A stretch of DNA of 63,975 bases, filler included, from Octopus bimaculoides (taxonomy: Eukaryota): assembly GCF_001194135.2 (NCBI RefSeq). It is 4 parts of 4 records of this genome, joined end to end, with 100 filler letters (N's around TTAATTAATTAA, not from the genome) between each part and the next. Parts side by side here need not be neighbours in the genome. Positions count along the whole stretch, not along the records: positions 1 to 24,338 come from NC_068987.1; 3 more parts are not named here. The stretch is one strand, 5' to 3'. Below are positions 10,291-22,383 of this stretch, piece after piece (position 1 is the stretch's first letter; each line of letters starts with the position of its first letter). The notes under the pieces are model-generated. The model did not search any database. It was given only the letters and a program-made list of their open reading frames with translations, and was not told the DNA's origin. A program made the translations under genes and the position numbers.

Positions 10291-13200
10291 TTTTTTTTAA
10301 TTAACTTTTTATTTCCAGTTTTCCCTGTTATAATATGAAACAGCATGGCCAGGGGACCATGAAGTTTTGTATAAAACAAATGGAGAACAGGACTTCTTTT
10401 TTTTTTTTTTGTAAGAGAAAGAAAAAGATAAAGAAACAAAAAAAACCTAATAAATAAGATAAAAAGAAAACAAATCAAGAGAAGAGAGAACAGAATGAAT
10501 AAAAAATAAATAAATAGAAGAAAATAAAATAGACTACACGCTTAATTATCAATCACTCATAAAATCTTATTACAGTTCTACAAGAAGTAATACTAGAGGA
10601 CTACCATGTGTTTACAAACTCAAGGTAGAGCCTCCATTTTTTATAAAATTCATCTTGCTTGTTTTCTTTGTATGATCTGTTTCTTTCAATTAGATTCTGT
10701 CATGCACAAAGTTTCTAAAATGTTTGAAGGTGAGAATGGTTTTTGACACTTTGCTTTTAAATATAAAAAATTTTGCTAATAATTGTGGGTCAAGCTTCAT
10801 GTTGCGAACATGTATGCACTTTTCATACAGCAAATCTAAGAAGCGTTGCCAGAAGACTTGTACACATTCACAATACCAGAAAAGGTGTGACACCATCTCC
10901 ACCTCATGTTGACAAAAAGTGCACAGGTTGCTTTTGGCAAGTTTAATCTTGAATAATAGGGAATTAGTTGCTAAAATATTGTGTATAATTCTAAACTGGA
11001 ACCATCGTAACTTAGTATCTGTTGTTGTCTTAATAGGTAGTAAAAATATTTTTTCCCCATTCCAGTTCAGCAAGTATACACTCTTCCCATTTGTGTTTGA
11101 ATAGTAAACAAGTTTCAATATTGTTTAAAACATAGTAGTATCGTTTGGCTCCTTTCCTAAAAGACATGAGCTTTTGAATAGCTGTATTATCCTCTAAATG
11201 TTGGAAAGCAGTAGGTTTGCTTATTTTAAACTTTTTTTGGTAGCTTTTAATCACCCTGATAAGCCCATTATACTGGAGAAAATTTGTATCTTGTTAAAAT
11301 AAATTCTGGAATTCTTCCAGGGTACGGTAAGATCCATCTAAATTGATAAAGTCACGAATCTTGCTAACACTTCTCTCAAACCACGCAGGAAAGAAGATTG
11401 CCTCTTTACCGACCCTTAAGTTTTATTAAAGTAAATTGGTTCTGTTATGAATTCATCAAATGAATTAGGTTCCATCGTATTTGTAAACTTGTCAAAGGCA
11501 GAAATATAATCATGCCAAAAATCATTCCTGATAGAGTTAGCTAGTTTGCTCAGGAAAACGTTACCAAATACAGCTAAATTTTTCAGTTTTGTGGAGGAAG
11601 CATGGCATAAGAGTTTCCATTTGGATTCATAGGGAATGTCCATCAACTTTCTCATCCAGGATAGTTTTAAAGAGTTGACATAAACAAAAGCTTCTACCAT
11701 ACCATACTTTAACAGGCTTACAAGCAACAGCTCTCTTAATTTTTTCTGGTTTCCCACTCCAGAGAAATTTAAATAATATTTTATTTAGTTCCTGAAGAAA
11801 TTTACCCAGTGGATTTAGTAGAGTAAGAAAGAGGCAGTTCAATTTTGAAATGAGTAGTGATTTTATAACCGCTATTCTACCCATTGGTATAATTATTCTT
11901 TTGATCCATCTGTTTCAAATAACTTATTTTCAAAATTCTTTTTGGCCATGTCCTTTAAATCTATTGAGAATATTACACATAGAAGCTTGAAGTGATTTGG
12001 GTTCCATTTTATATTTAAATTAGGTAAGTATCTGACTACACTACCCCTTCTTGAACCTATCCATATCACCTGAGACTTATCATAGTTAATTTTAAGTCCG
12101 GATATATCAGCGAAGAAATTCAAGGTGTCTGCTATAGCTTCAAAAACTCTTGTGAACCGTCTCAAATGAACTCTGTATTGTCAACATATTGCATTAACAA
12201 ATATTCCCCCCTCATCAACTGTAATTCCTTTAATATCTTGGGTTTTTCTTATTAGACCAGCCAAGACCTCAACACATAGGATAAAAATATATGGAGAGAG
12301 GATCACTCTGTCTACATCCCCGCTCAACAGGGAACCAAGGAAACAATGTACCATTAATTAATAGGCAAGATCTAGCTCCATTGTACAGAATATTGAACCA
12401 TTTACAGATGTCATCACCAAAGCTAAAAAAAGCTAGTGTCTTGTTTATAAATGACCATGAAACAGAATCGAATGCCTTCTCAAAATCTATTAAAAACAAC
12501 ATTCCCAGTATGATTCTGTGTAGTTCATCAGATCATATATCAATCTTACATTGTCCCCAATGTATCTATTAGATATGAATCCTGTTTGAACAGTACTAAT
12601 CAACTTTGGAAGGATACTTTTAAACCTCTCAGCAATAACAGATGAAAGTAGTTTGTAAGCAGTATTGAGAAGTGAAATAGGTCTCCAGTTCTTCAAAAAA
12701 ACACTTGGGCTTATCTCCTTTTGGAATATAGGTAATAATACCTTACTTCTGTGTCACTAACAGATAACCCTTAGCAAAGCTATAGTTGAATGACCTCAAC
12801 AAAAACAGAGATAAATCCTTCCAAAAGAATTTATTAAAATCATAGGTGAACCCATCCGAACCTGGACTTTTATTGTTCTTTGTCTTTTTCAAACATTTCA
12901 AAAGTTCATCATGAGTTATTGGGCCTCCCAAGGAGTTAGAATCTCCTTTACTAAGCCTATATAAGTCCCCTTCAGAAAAAGTTCAAGATCACAATCTTTT
13001 AACACATGTTCCTTAGAAGAATACAATCTTTCATAAAATGATGTTGCTTCAAGAACAATATCCTTTGTATTTTCTATAGTAGATCCATTATCTAACTCTA
13101 ATTGGGCCATGCCTTTACTTACAAAATTCTTGTTTTCTAGATTGCAAAAACAACGGCTAACCTTCTCCCCTTCATCTATCCACTTGGCCTTTAATCAACA

Positions 13201-14325
13201 CCCTTGATTTTGTCTTTAAGAATCTCTCTCCTAATTCTTTTCTTTTTTCTTCAAGTTTTTCAATTTCTACCAAATTGGTTCTCAGTTGCTTGATATCATC
13301 TAGTAGATTTTGTTCTTTTACTCTAAATTTTTTAAAGAATGAGGTGTATGAAATAGTTTTCCCTCTGATTTCCATTAACAGAGTTTCCAAAAACAAGTAA
13401 TCATCTATAATAAATTCAATCTCAGATATATTAACTGAACTAGTATCTCTGTCTAGATCTAAAGCAGGGGCGTATTGCTTAACCACACTGCTGATGGTTT
13501 CCTTCACCACTGACATGTATTTGGGATCTCTTAAAAGGGAGTTATTAAATTTCCAATATGTAGTTTTACAGTCTTCTTTGAAAAATTTTATTTTGATGTC
13601 TATAATAGAATGGTCTAATCTGTACCCAACCTTTATAGAGGATTGGCAAATGAATGAATACAAATTCTGTGACACCAGGAAGAAATCTAGCCTTGCTTGT
13701 CTAATAGGCTTTGAACGTCTCCATGTATAGCCTTGTGTTTCTGAATTATGATCTCTCCAAATATCTACAAGGTCAAGGTCCCCTATCATATCTACCACTT
13801 GCTTTCTAGCTTTAGGATTATTTATATGCTGATAATTGGAAGTATCTATAGACTGTTGCAAACAGAGATTAAAATCCCCAGCTATAACACAATGAGAGTT
13901 TCCAAAGGGCTTAATTCTATCCATCACCATAGCATAAAACTGTGGATCATCTATATTTGGACCATATAAGGTTACTAGAATTATTTTTCTCTCACAAAAA
14001 GCTATGCTTAACATCAAGAGATTGCCTTTGTCATCCCTGAAACTGTCGTATACCTTATAATCAATACTATTAGAAAATAAGATGGCTACTCCCCTTGACT
14101 GTTCTTTATTACTATTAATTATTGCCTCAGCACCTCATTCACTTCTAATGACAGGTTCTTTTTCTTTCAAAAAGTGGGTATCTTGCAAGAAGTATATTTT
14201 ATAGTCTTTCCCACTCAGAAAATACAAAACATACTTTCTTTTTTTATGATCATTAAGGCCCTTACAGTTGACGGAACATATGGTTATATTTTGGTCATCC
14301 GTTTAGTATAAAAAATAAATAAATA
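10291..14325 (-). mobile_element. Tx1/L1-like LINE (family B): ORF2 (EN-RT-zinc finger), 3' UTR and poly(A); pseudogenised
   Basis: Frameshifted fragments: NITICSVNCKGLNDHKKRK...FLQDTHF (~14300), IAGDFN...GYTWRR...RLDFFLVS...DHS...YWKFNNSLL (13172-14017), SPGSDGFT, WRPISLLNTAYK...QTGF...IDFEKAFDSVSW...GCRQSDPLS...QYVDN, CTFCQHEVEMVSHLFWYC. Poly(T) on the + strand at 10289-10298. Confidence 0.92.
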
Positions 14326-17300
14326 CTGATGCTTGAACAGAGATGTGTCGATATCTGCTGCCTCCAAGAAGTAAGGTGGAGAGGAGGTTCCGCTAGGTTC
14401 CTCACAGGCAAAGAACACAAGTACAAAATTTTCTGAGCAGGGAACACAGATGGGATCGGGGGGCGTGGGTATACTTCTTGCAGAAAAATGGGTTGATAAG
14501 GTAATCGAGATAGCCAGAGTATACGACAGAATACTTCAGATTAGATTAGTCCTTCACCATGGGTTAGCAACCATTATCTTGGCCTATGCCCCTCAGCCTG
14601 GGCTACCCGATGGACAGAAAGACCGATTTTATGAAACCCTCTAGCAGACTACCTTGTCGACGAATGACAGGGACCTTCTCTTTGTGGCTGGTGACTTCAA
14701 TGGTCATGTTGGTCAACATTCAGGGGGCTTCCATGGCATACATGGAGGCTATGGTTTTGGTTCCCGCAATGAGGAGGGAACCAGGCTGCTGGAGTTCTGT
14801 GATGCAAACGATCTTATGGTTTGCAATACTAACTTCAAGAAACCTGCCAGTTACCTAGTTACCTACTGTTCTGGCAGTTACCTAGTTACCTACTGTTCTT
14901 GACTAAATCCTCATCAGGAAAAGGGAAAGATAGCTGCTTGTAAATGCCAAAACCTTCCCAGGCAAAGAATGTACCCCACAACATAGACTAGTAGTTAGTG
15001 ACTTCAGGATCAGGGCTAAGTGGTTGCCCAGAAGACGACCAGCATGGAGGAGAAGGGTCTGGAAGCTCAAAGATCCTGCGAATGGACAGAGATTTAGAGA
15101 CTTATTACTCAAAGCCTTTGACGAAATAGAGGGGGATATAGCTTCACACCATGTAGAAGACAACTGGAGATTTCTACGGGACAACCTGCTGAGGGCCAGT
15201 GACCAGATCTGTGGATAGTGCAAAGTCCCCTCTCAACCCAAAATAACGTGGTGGTGGAACAATGTTGTTGACAGGGCTATTAGACAAAAGAAACAGGCTT
15301 CGAAAGACTGGAAGAACGGTGGTAGCAGGGAATTGTATCAGACTGCCAGAAGGGAAGCTAGGCGACAGGTTTATTTAGCCAGAGGGGAAGCAGATAAGAG
15401 GCTGCAAAGAAAGAGGTTTGGAGACACCACTACGAAAGATTGCTCAATAAAGAGAAAGAATGGGAGAAAGAGAGTCTGCCGAATGTCGACCCAACAGAGG
15501 GACCAGCTATCTGAGTTGACAGTACCATGGTAGATAAAGCAATTAAGAATATGAAGACAGGGAAAGCCCCCGGTCCATCAGGAATCACTGCAGAGATGCT
15601 CAAAATATCTGGCAGTGCTGGCTATAGCCTAATCACCCGTATTGTTAACCAGGTAATACATGAAGGAGTCATACTCAATGACTGGTGTAGCAGCACCATA
15701 GTCAACTGCTACAAAGGTAAAGGTGATACTTTAGATACGAATAATTACAGAGGTATCAGGTTGTTAGATCAGGTAATGAAAGTCACAGAGAGGGTCATAG
15801 CCCAACGAATTAGGGAGAGAGTCAGTTTAGATGAGATGCAGTTTGGGTTTGTGCCAGAGAAAAGCACTACTAATGCTATATTTCTGGTAAGACAGCAGCA
15901 GGAGAAATACCTAGCCAAAGATAAACCTCTGTACCTGGCTTTCGTTGACATGGAGAAAGCCTCTGACAGGGTCCCCCGATCCCTTATCTGGTGGTCAATG
16001 AGGAAACTAGCGATAGAAGAATGGTTAGTGAGAGCTGTGCGAGCCATGTACAGAGATGCTGTCAGTAAGGTGAGGGCTGGCAACGAGTACAGTGAAGAAT
16101 TCCGGGTAGAGGTAGGGGTCCACCAAGGTTCTGTCCTCAGCCTCCTCCTATTTATCATAGTCCTCCAGGTGATAACAGAGGAATTCAAGATGGGATGTAC
16201 CTGGGAGCTCCTCTATGCTGATGACCTTGCACTAATTGCTGAGTCACTATCAGAACTAGAGGAGAAGTTTCAGGTGTAGAAGCAAGGACTAGAATCGAAG
16301 AGCCTTAGAGTCAACCTAGCTAAAACCAAAGTCCTAATAAGTAGGAAGGTAGACAAAAGACAAACCCCTTCAGGTAGATGGCCCTGCTCGATCTGTAGAA
16401 AAGGTGTAGGTAGAAACTCTACAAGATGTACCCAGTGCAAGCTATGGACACATAAGAGGTGCAGCAATATCAAAGGAAGGTTNNNNNNNNNNNNNNNNNN
16501 NNNNNNNNNNNNNNNNNNNNNNNNNNNNNNNNNNNNNNNNNNNNNNNNNNNNNNNNNNNNNNNNNNNNNNNNNNNNNNNNNNNNNNNNNNNNNNNNNNNN
16601 NNNNNNNNNNNNNNNNNNNNNNNNNNNNNTGTGGTGAGAATGGATGAAGATAGCTGTGTGAAAAAGTGCCACACCCTAGCGGTTGAGGGAACCTGTGGAA
16701 GAGGTAGGCCCAGGAAGACCTGGGATGAGGTGGTGAAGCACGACCTTCGAACATTAGGCCTCACCGAGGCAATGACTTCTGACCGAGACCTTTAGAAATA
16801 TGTTGTACGTGAGAAGGCTCGGTAAGCCAAGTGAGACCAAAATCCAAGGCCTCTGCCAGGGATGTAGCCAGCCCACTTATGCGTAACATTCCTTCTTTGG
16901 ACACTAAACTCCGCTTGTGAAGACCTGTTGAGGCAAGTGAAATTGAAATCGAACTAAATTCGACGACTGGCACCCATGCCAATGTCATCTCCTTCATTGG
17001 ACACTAAACTTGGCTTGCGAAGATCTTTTGGGGCAAGCGAAAGCAAAATCGTGATGGCACCTGTACCAGTGGAGTGCTAAGAGCACCGTTTGAGCATGAT
17101 CGTTGCCAGAGCAGCTGTCTGGTTTCTGTGCCAGTGGCATGTAAATAGCACCATTTGAGCGTGATCATTACCAGCATTGCCTTCCTGGCACTTGTGCTGG
17201 TAGCACATGAAAAGACATTCGAGCGAGATCGTTGCCAGTGCCCCTGGACTGGCTCTTGTGTGGGTGCCACATAAAATACACCATTTTGAGTGTGGCCATT

Positions 17301-17507
17301 GCCAGTACTGCCGGACTGGCCTTCGTGCCGGTGGCACGTAAAAGCACCTGCTACACTCTTAGAGTGGTTGGTGTTAGGAAGGGCATCCAGCTGTAGAAAC
17401 TCTGCCAAATCAGATTGGAGCCTGGTGTAGCCATCTTGTTCTCCAGTCCTCAGTCAAATCATCCAACCCATGCTAGCATGGAAAGCAGATGTTAAACAAT
17501 GATGATG
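14326..17507 (+). mobile_element. Inner RTE-clade LINE, 5'-truncated, near-complete EN-RT ORF with stops, repeat-rich 3' UTR and (GAT)n tail
   Basis: DICCLQEVRWRGG...GVGILLAEKW...AYAPQ...AGDFNGHVG...RNEEGTRLLEFC; RT 15527-16279 GKAPGPSG...NYRGIRLL...MQFGF...FVDMEKASDRVPR...GVHQGSVLS...LLYADD; downstream CxxC-rich WPCSICRK...CTQCKLWTHKRC. Ends GTTAAACAATGATGATG. Confidence 0.92.
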
Positions 17508-19315
17508 GCCTAACTTCCATCAAGCCTTCTAGTCCACAATACCCTATTCTTAGAAAATATTTTAACCAGAGCATTATTTTTCTTCATGACACATAACAAC
17601 TTGTTTAAGTACCATTGAATAGTATTCAAGATATGAAAATGATAATCTGACCTTATTCTTAAGAAAAATATAACAAATGACAGTTCCCAAGTTCAAAGCT
17701 TCCTTTTCAAAAGAGATGTGTATCAATAATGTACGTTTTATCTAGGGAGGTTTTTTCTGGGTGTTGTGCCTTGTGAGGTATTTCTATTGAAATAAGTATA
17801 GAGATGTTTCGTAAAAGTTCTCTGTAATGGTCCTATGTCATTTGGATGTCTTTCTTTTAAATCTATGTATGACATGTTGTCTATGTATATAAATTTTATA
17901 TTTTCCGGTATGTTTGGGAGTGTTGGGGCTTCACATGGAGATATGTTTTTATTTTTGCTTATCGTTTGTACTAAGTAAGTGTTGTTTGTATTGAATGCAT
18001 TTATGTTTATAACTGTATCTGCGGGTAGCGGGTTGGGCCTTTGAGTTTTGTGTGTGTGGGATGTGCATGTAGGTGTTTCAGTACTTTGTGTGGTGGAGTG
18101 TGTGGGAGAGTTGTTCATCCTCTTGTGTCTTTTTTTAACCTCCCTTCATTCATTCTCCACTTCTTCAGATGTTGTTGAAGTTGTTTTCTCAGGGACATCT
18201 CCTTTTAGTTGTTTTATAACAGTATTGATCGTCTCTTTTGGGGTATCTATGTCTTCTTCAGTTTTTGGGGGATCACTGTTTGTAAAGGATTCTGTTGGAA
18301 CTGTGTCTTGTGTGCATTCAGTTTTGATATGTCCTTTCATGCCGCACAGGTAGCATCTTGGCTTTCGCCCATCCACTAATACTTTTAGAGCAGTTTTGTC
18401 TGGTAGGAAAATTTGATCTGGCAGTTCATCTAAATCTTGCTGAGTGGCCTGAATTACGAGTTCTAGGCCTTAGCCCCACCAATCCTGCTGGCGCAGCTTG
18501 GTGGCTTGAAGGATGGTAATTTTATCCTTCAAATTCATTAATACAGCTGCCATCAGCCACATCATGTCAATTTCCGGCAGTATCTTCCCTATTTTAACTT
18601 CTGACGTCCTCTTGCCTAAATATGTTGGCAGCAGCACTAATTCAGTTGATTTTGAGGGAGATGTTGAATGCATCTTCTCTTCATCCTCAGAAGCGAATTT
18701 TACTTCAACAATTCCGGAGCGCTTTCCTCTGTTTAAGTACGTTATCTTATTCCTTATCAGCTGTAGGCATTTTTCTATTGACTCCATTTGTAGCTTTATC
18801 AATTTTTTTTGTTTTAAGAGACCAAGTTTTGTATACAATTGTTTGATTCTTCGTAATGTGAATTACATCACTAGGCGGGTTGAGACTTACATTTGTTCCT
18901 TCCTTTTTGCTTATACACATATATTTTTCCAGAACGTCTGGGCCGACCTGCAGAATTTCACACTAATACTGGCTACAAATGCAAAGTTAGCATTGTTATT
19001 ATCAGTTTCCGAGTTGGCTTCTTTTTGCATTTCTTTTTCATGTATATTCTCCCTTTCCCTCGCTACACAACCTGGGAGAGACAGGGTACATTTCCAGATA
19101 TAGCTTGTCTGCTTGCATCTTGTTTTCTTGTTCAGTATTCATTTGTAGAAAAAAAAAACATCCCTTTAACAGAGGAAAAAAAACATGACCCTGCTTACTT
19201 AGGTAGTATGTCGAAAAAGACACTGCAAACAGTAAATAATGGTAACAAATCAACAATTCTTAACAGAGCAGCAGAAAAACATGTCCACTGGTATAGCCGT
19301 TACGTCCATGTTCCA
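17508..19315 (-). mobile_element. Tx1/L1-like LINE (family B): 5' UTR, gag-like ORF1 with CCHC zinc knuckle, and inter-ORF spacer
   Basis: Fragments 18470-18838, 18146-18376 (CYLCGMKGHIKTEC, CX2CX4HX4C) and 17738-18118. Homologous to ORF1 at 1647-2267. The 5' end abuts the 15-bp target-site duplication at 19316-19330. Confidence 0.8.
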
Positions 19316-19330
19316 GTGGGGGACAAACTT

Positions 19331-19843
19331 GGCAGAGACACACCACATGTTTACTTCAGACATTAGGATTGCCTGCCAGGACCCATATATGATAAGACCA
19401 ACATCAGCAATGTTGTTGATTGCCCTTCAATGTTCCTCATGCACAAGCTGATGAAGTTTCTCCACTTTTCACTCATCATCTTTCAGGGATGTTCTTCTGC
19501 TTTTGAAGTGCCTGTGCCACTCAAAACATTGCGTATAACCAATTGCCTCATCACAGTAAGCTTGCTGAAGCATGTTCAATGTCTCTGTAGCAGATTTCCT
19601 ATGTTTAGCACAAAATTGCATGTTGATTTTTCGTTCCAACTTCCTGTCCATGACAAAATTGCAGACTACAGCATACATGTGATCACTAAAGCAAATTTCA
19701 CAACTTGTGAAGTAATCACAGCAATGCCACTTGGCACACTGCCTCATGAAGGTGACTGCTAGCTCTCACTGCACAGACAACTATGTGCTGCCATCTGTTG
19801 GCATGCTACAGAACTAGTCCAGGAATTTTGTGATATCACCTCA
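19331..19843 (-). mobile_element. Mariner element, 5' half (TIR and DNA-binding domain)
   Basis: MDRKLERKINMQFCAKHRKSATETLNMLQQAYCDEAIGYTQCFEWHRHFKSRRTSLKDDE...MWCVSAKFVP. Reverse-complement TIR TGAGGTGATATCACAAAATTCCTGGACT, followed by TA at 19844-19845. Confidence 0.88.
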
Positions 19844-19845
19844 TA

Positions 19846-20290
19846 TTTGGTATTAGAATAAAGAAGTATAAGGACTGGTTTGATGATTATGATGCGACTA
19901 TCAACCAGCTACTGAAAAACCAAGCAAGCTCTTCAAGAAAAGATTTTGAAATAGTGCCCTTTGGTACAGCCTATTGCAGAGAAGACTTTTAAGGGGAACA
20001 AAGCAATGATACAATGGGACCTATGAAGAGCTAAAATGAGTGGTGCTCAAAGTCCTTTTCAGAGATTCAAACAGTCTATGATGCAAAGGATTTGAAGCTG
20101 TTCTATGGTGTTCTACATGAAGTGTTTGGTCCATCAATTTCTATCGTAGTACTTCTGAAGTTCAAGGGCAACACTACTTTCATCAAAGAACAAGCAAAAA
20201 TCCTGCATGAACACTTCACTGATTTAGACTACCCATCAGTAGTCAATGATAATGTTATAGATGCAGAAATACATCAACGGATTTAGACAG
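19846..20290 (+). mobile_element. Outer RTE-clade LINE, right part
   Basis: FGIRIKKYKDWFDDYDATINQLLK and KLFYGVLHEVFGPS...KILHEHF...VNDNVID resemble the RTE EN-RT linker and continue the frame interrupted at 9532. Confidence 0.8.
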
Positions 20291-21184
20291 CTTCTATAGC
20301 CTTTGGCCAAGACCAAACTAAGCATTTACAAGACATCCATACTAATGGCCCTATTATAATAGCAGAATGAGGTGAAAAGAAAGATAAAAGCAAAATGAGA
20401 ACAGTTTGATTATTTGAACATGAAGATTTGATGTAAGATGAAACTTTATTTATTAATAAAGTAAAAATGAAAAGATGTAATCATAAAAAACAGTTGGCTT
20501 TTTTTTTCCATGATAGGTAAACTGGAAAATAATTTCTTTATCCTGTTTCCTTTCCATTATTTTGAGTTCTTCAACACAAAGACTTTACAAACAGTAAGAA
20601 TCTACATTTAGTGTTTAGGCAATCCCATAAGGAAGATTCAGTGGCTTCAGTATCAAACATTAAATTGTTTCCTTCAAAGGGCTGCAAAAACAAAGAAGCC
20701 CCAGGGTTCAGCTTGTATATGCTAAATTTACAGCCAAAGTTGAAAATTTTATCACAGAATTTAAACAAATTGAAGAAATGTTGTGTAGTTGGAAATAACA
20801 TTTTCTTGTTGCTAAAAATTTTTTTTTTTTTTTAAATATAAATTTCTTCTTAGCCTCTTCCTTTTTACTTATTGGGCCTCTTGAAATATCAGCAACTTAA
20901 TATATGCAATGGACTTTATCAAACTGAGGTACCATAAAAGTAAATGGAAAGCACATCTCAGAATAAACATAGAATGTTCCTTAAGCAGTAAAACTTTCTG
21001 TGGAGCTGTCAACAGATGTTATATATTTCTGTGTAATATCAAGTTAGTCTGTAAATGCTGAGTTTGAGTTCTTACCACCCCCTTTCTGCTCATAAAGTTT
21101 AAAAAGCAAGTCTCGATATATTGACTAATTATGACAATAATATCTTAGTTTCCAAATTCCTGACTAATAAAAGATGTTGATAAT

Positions 21185-21401
21185 TCATTTCTTAGTTGTC
21201 TTTGGCATTTTCCGAGGAGGCTCCCATCTCAGACAAGAAGGATCAACCATCAACACAGGTTTACGATACTGTGCACTTTTCAAATGTTCCTCAACTAATT
21301 TAGGAGTGACACAAATCACATGCTGTCCTTTCCAATATTTCACCATGTTTAATGACTGTAAAGTACTGATTATATCATTCTGTGTTATACTTGTCATTTG
21401 A
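21185..21401 (-). CDS. KAT8: Histone acetyltransferase KAT8/MOF (MYST family), last coding exon
   Basis: ttgcag acceptor, then (S)[71 protein letters not shown]. Nearly identical to the vertebrate KAT8 C-terminus; 217 nt, phase matches the upstream exon. Confidence 0.96.
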
Positions 21402-22182
21402 CTGCAATAGGAACAAAAAAGAACATTATACAACAAAGACAAAGAAGAGATAATATAGTGAAGGTAAAGGCTGAAGTAAGATAAATCAAGAAAACATTCT
21501 TCTAATTATTATCCATATTATCAGATTAATAATAACTTTCTAAGAGTTTTTCCACTGTTGTTACTGACATTTAAAATTCTACAGTGTGTCCATTTTCTTG
21601 CCATTTTTGTGAAAGAACAAATGAAGTTGGTCTTACTGCATCAATTATTTTCTATGCCCAGATGTCTTTTCCTTTTCTTAATTATTCAATCACAGCCTTT
21701 TACAGATGGAACTTATTACTAGTTCTTGCTCTACATGATCTAAGTTTGAACATGAAAATTTACATTGAAAATATTAAAAATTCCTAGTTGGACTTGCTCA
21801 ACAAAGCATGTAAGACGATATTGGAAAAAAAAAAAACAACATAGAAATCAATATTCAGACTGCATCCTTCATGTTTTTGTTTTGATTAATAAATCTTTTA
21901 CTATCTTCACATTTCCTTTCATTGCTTTTGAGTACAAGATGTTATTTCTAATGAAAAGTTTCTATATTTTTAAACACAGTGCTTCTATTCTATGACATTA
22001 GAAATAAATATTCTGATTTCAAACCTAGCTTAGGGAATTGTATATAAGTAGGTTGCTTGAGATTGGACTGATTAAAAGCCAAAGACAAGTAAAGGTTAAC
22101 AAATTTTAGAAATTTTAAAATTACTATTAATATTTTAATTATACAATGAGCATTATTTTTTCAGCAATCACATTAAATTTTA

Positions 22183-22383
<201 letters not shown>

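Noticed and set aside
16915-16950. CTGTTGA...GAAA as a hammerhead core
   Set aside because: The core is CUGUUGA rather than CUGANGA, and no credible stems II or III form.
17092-17348. Repeat-variable-repeat pattern resembling a CRISPR array
   Set aside because: The variable parts are homologous to each other, the array is part of an RTE LINE 3' UTR in animal DNA, and there are no cas genes.
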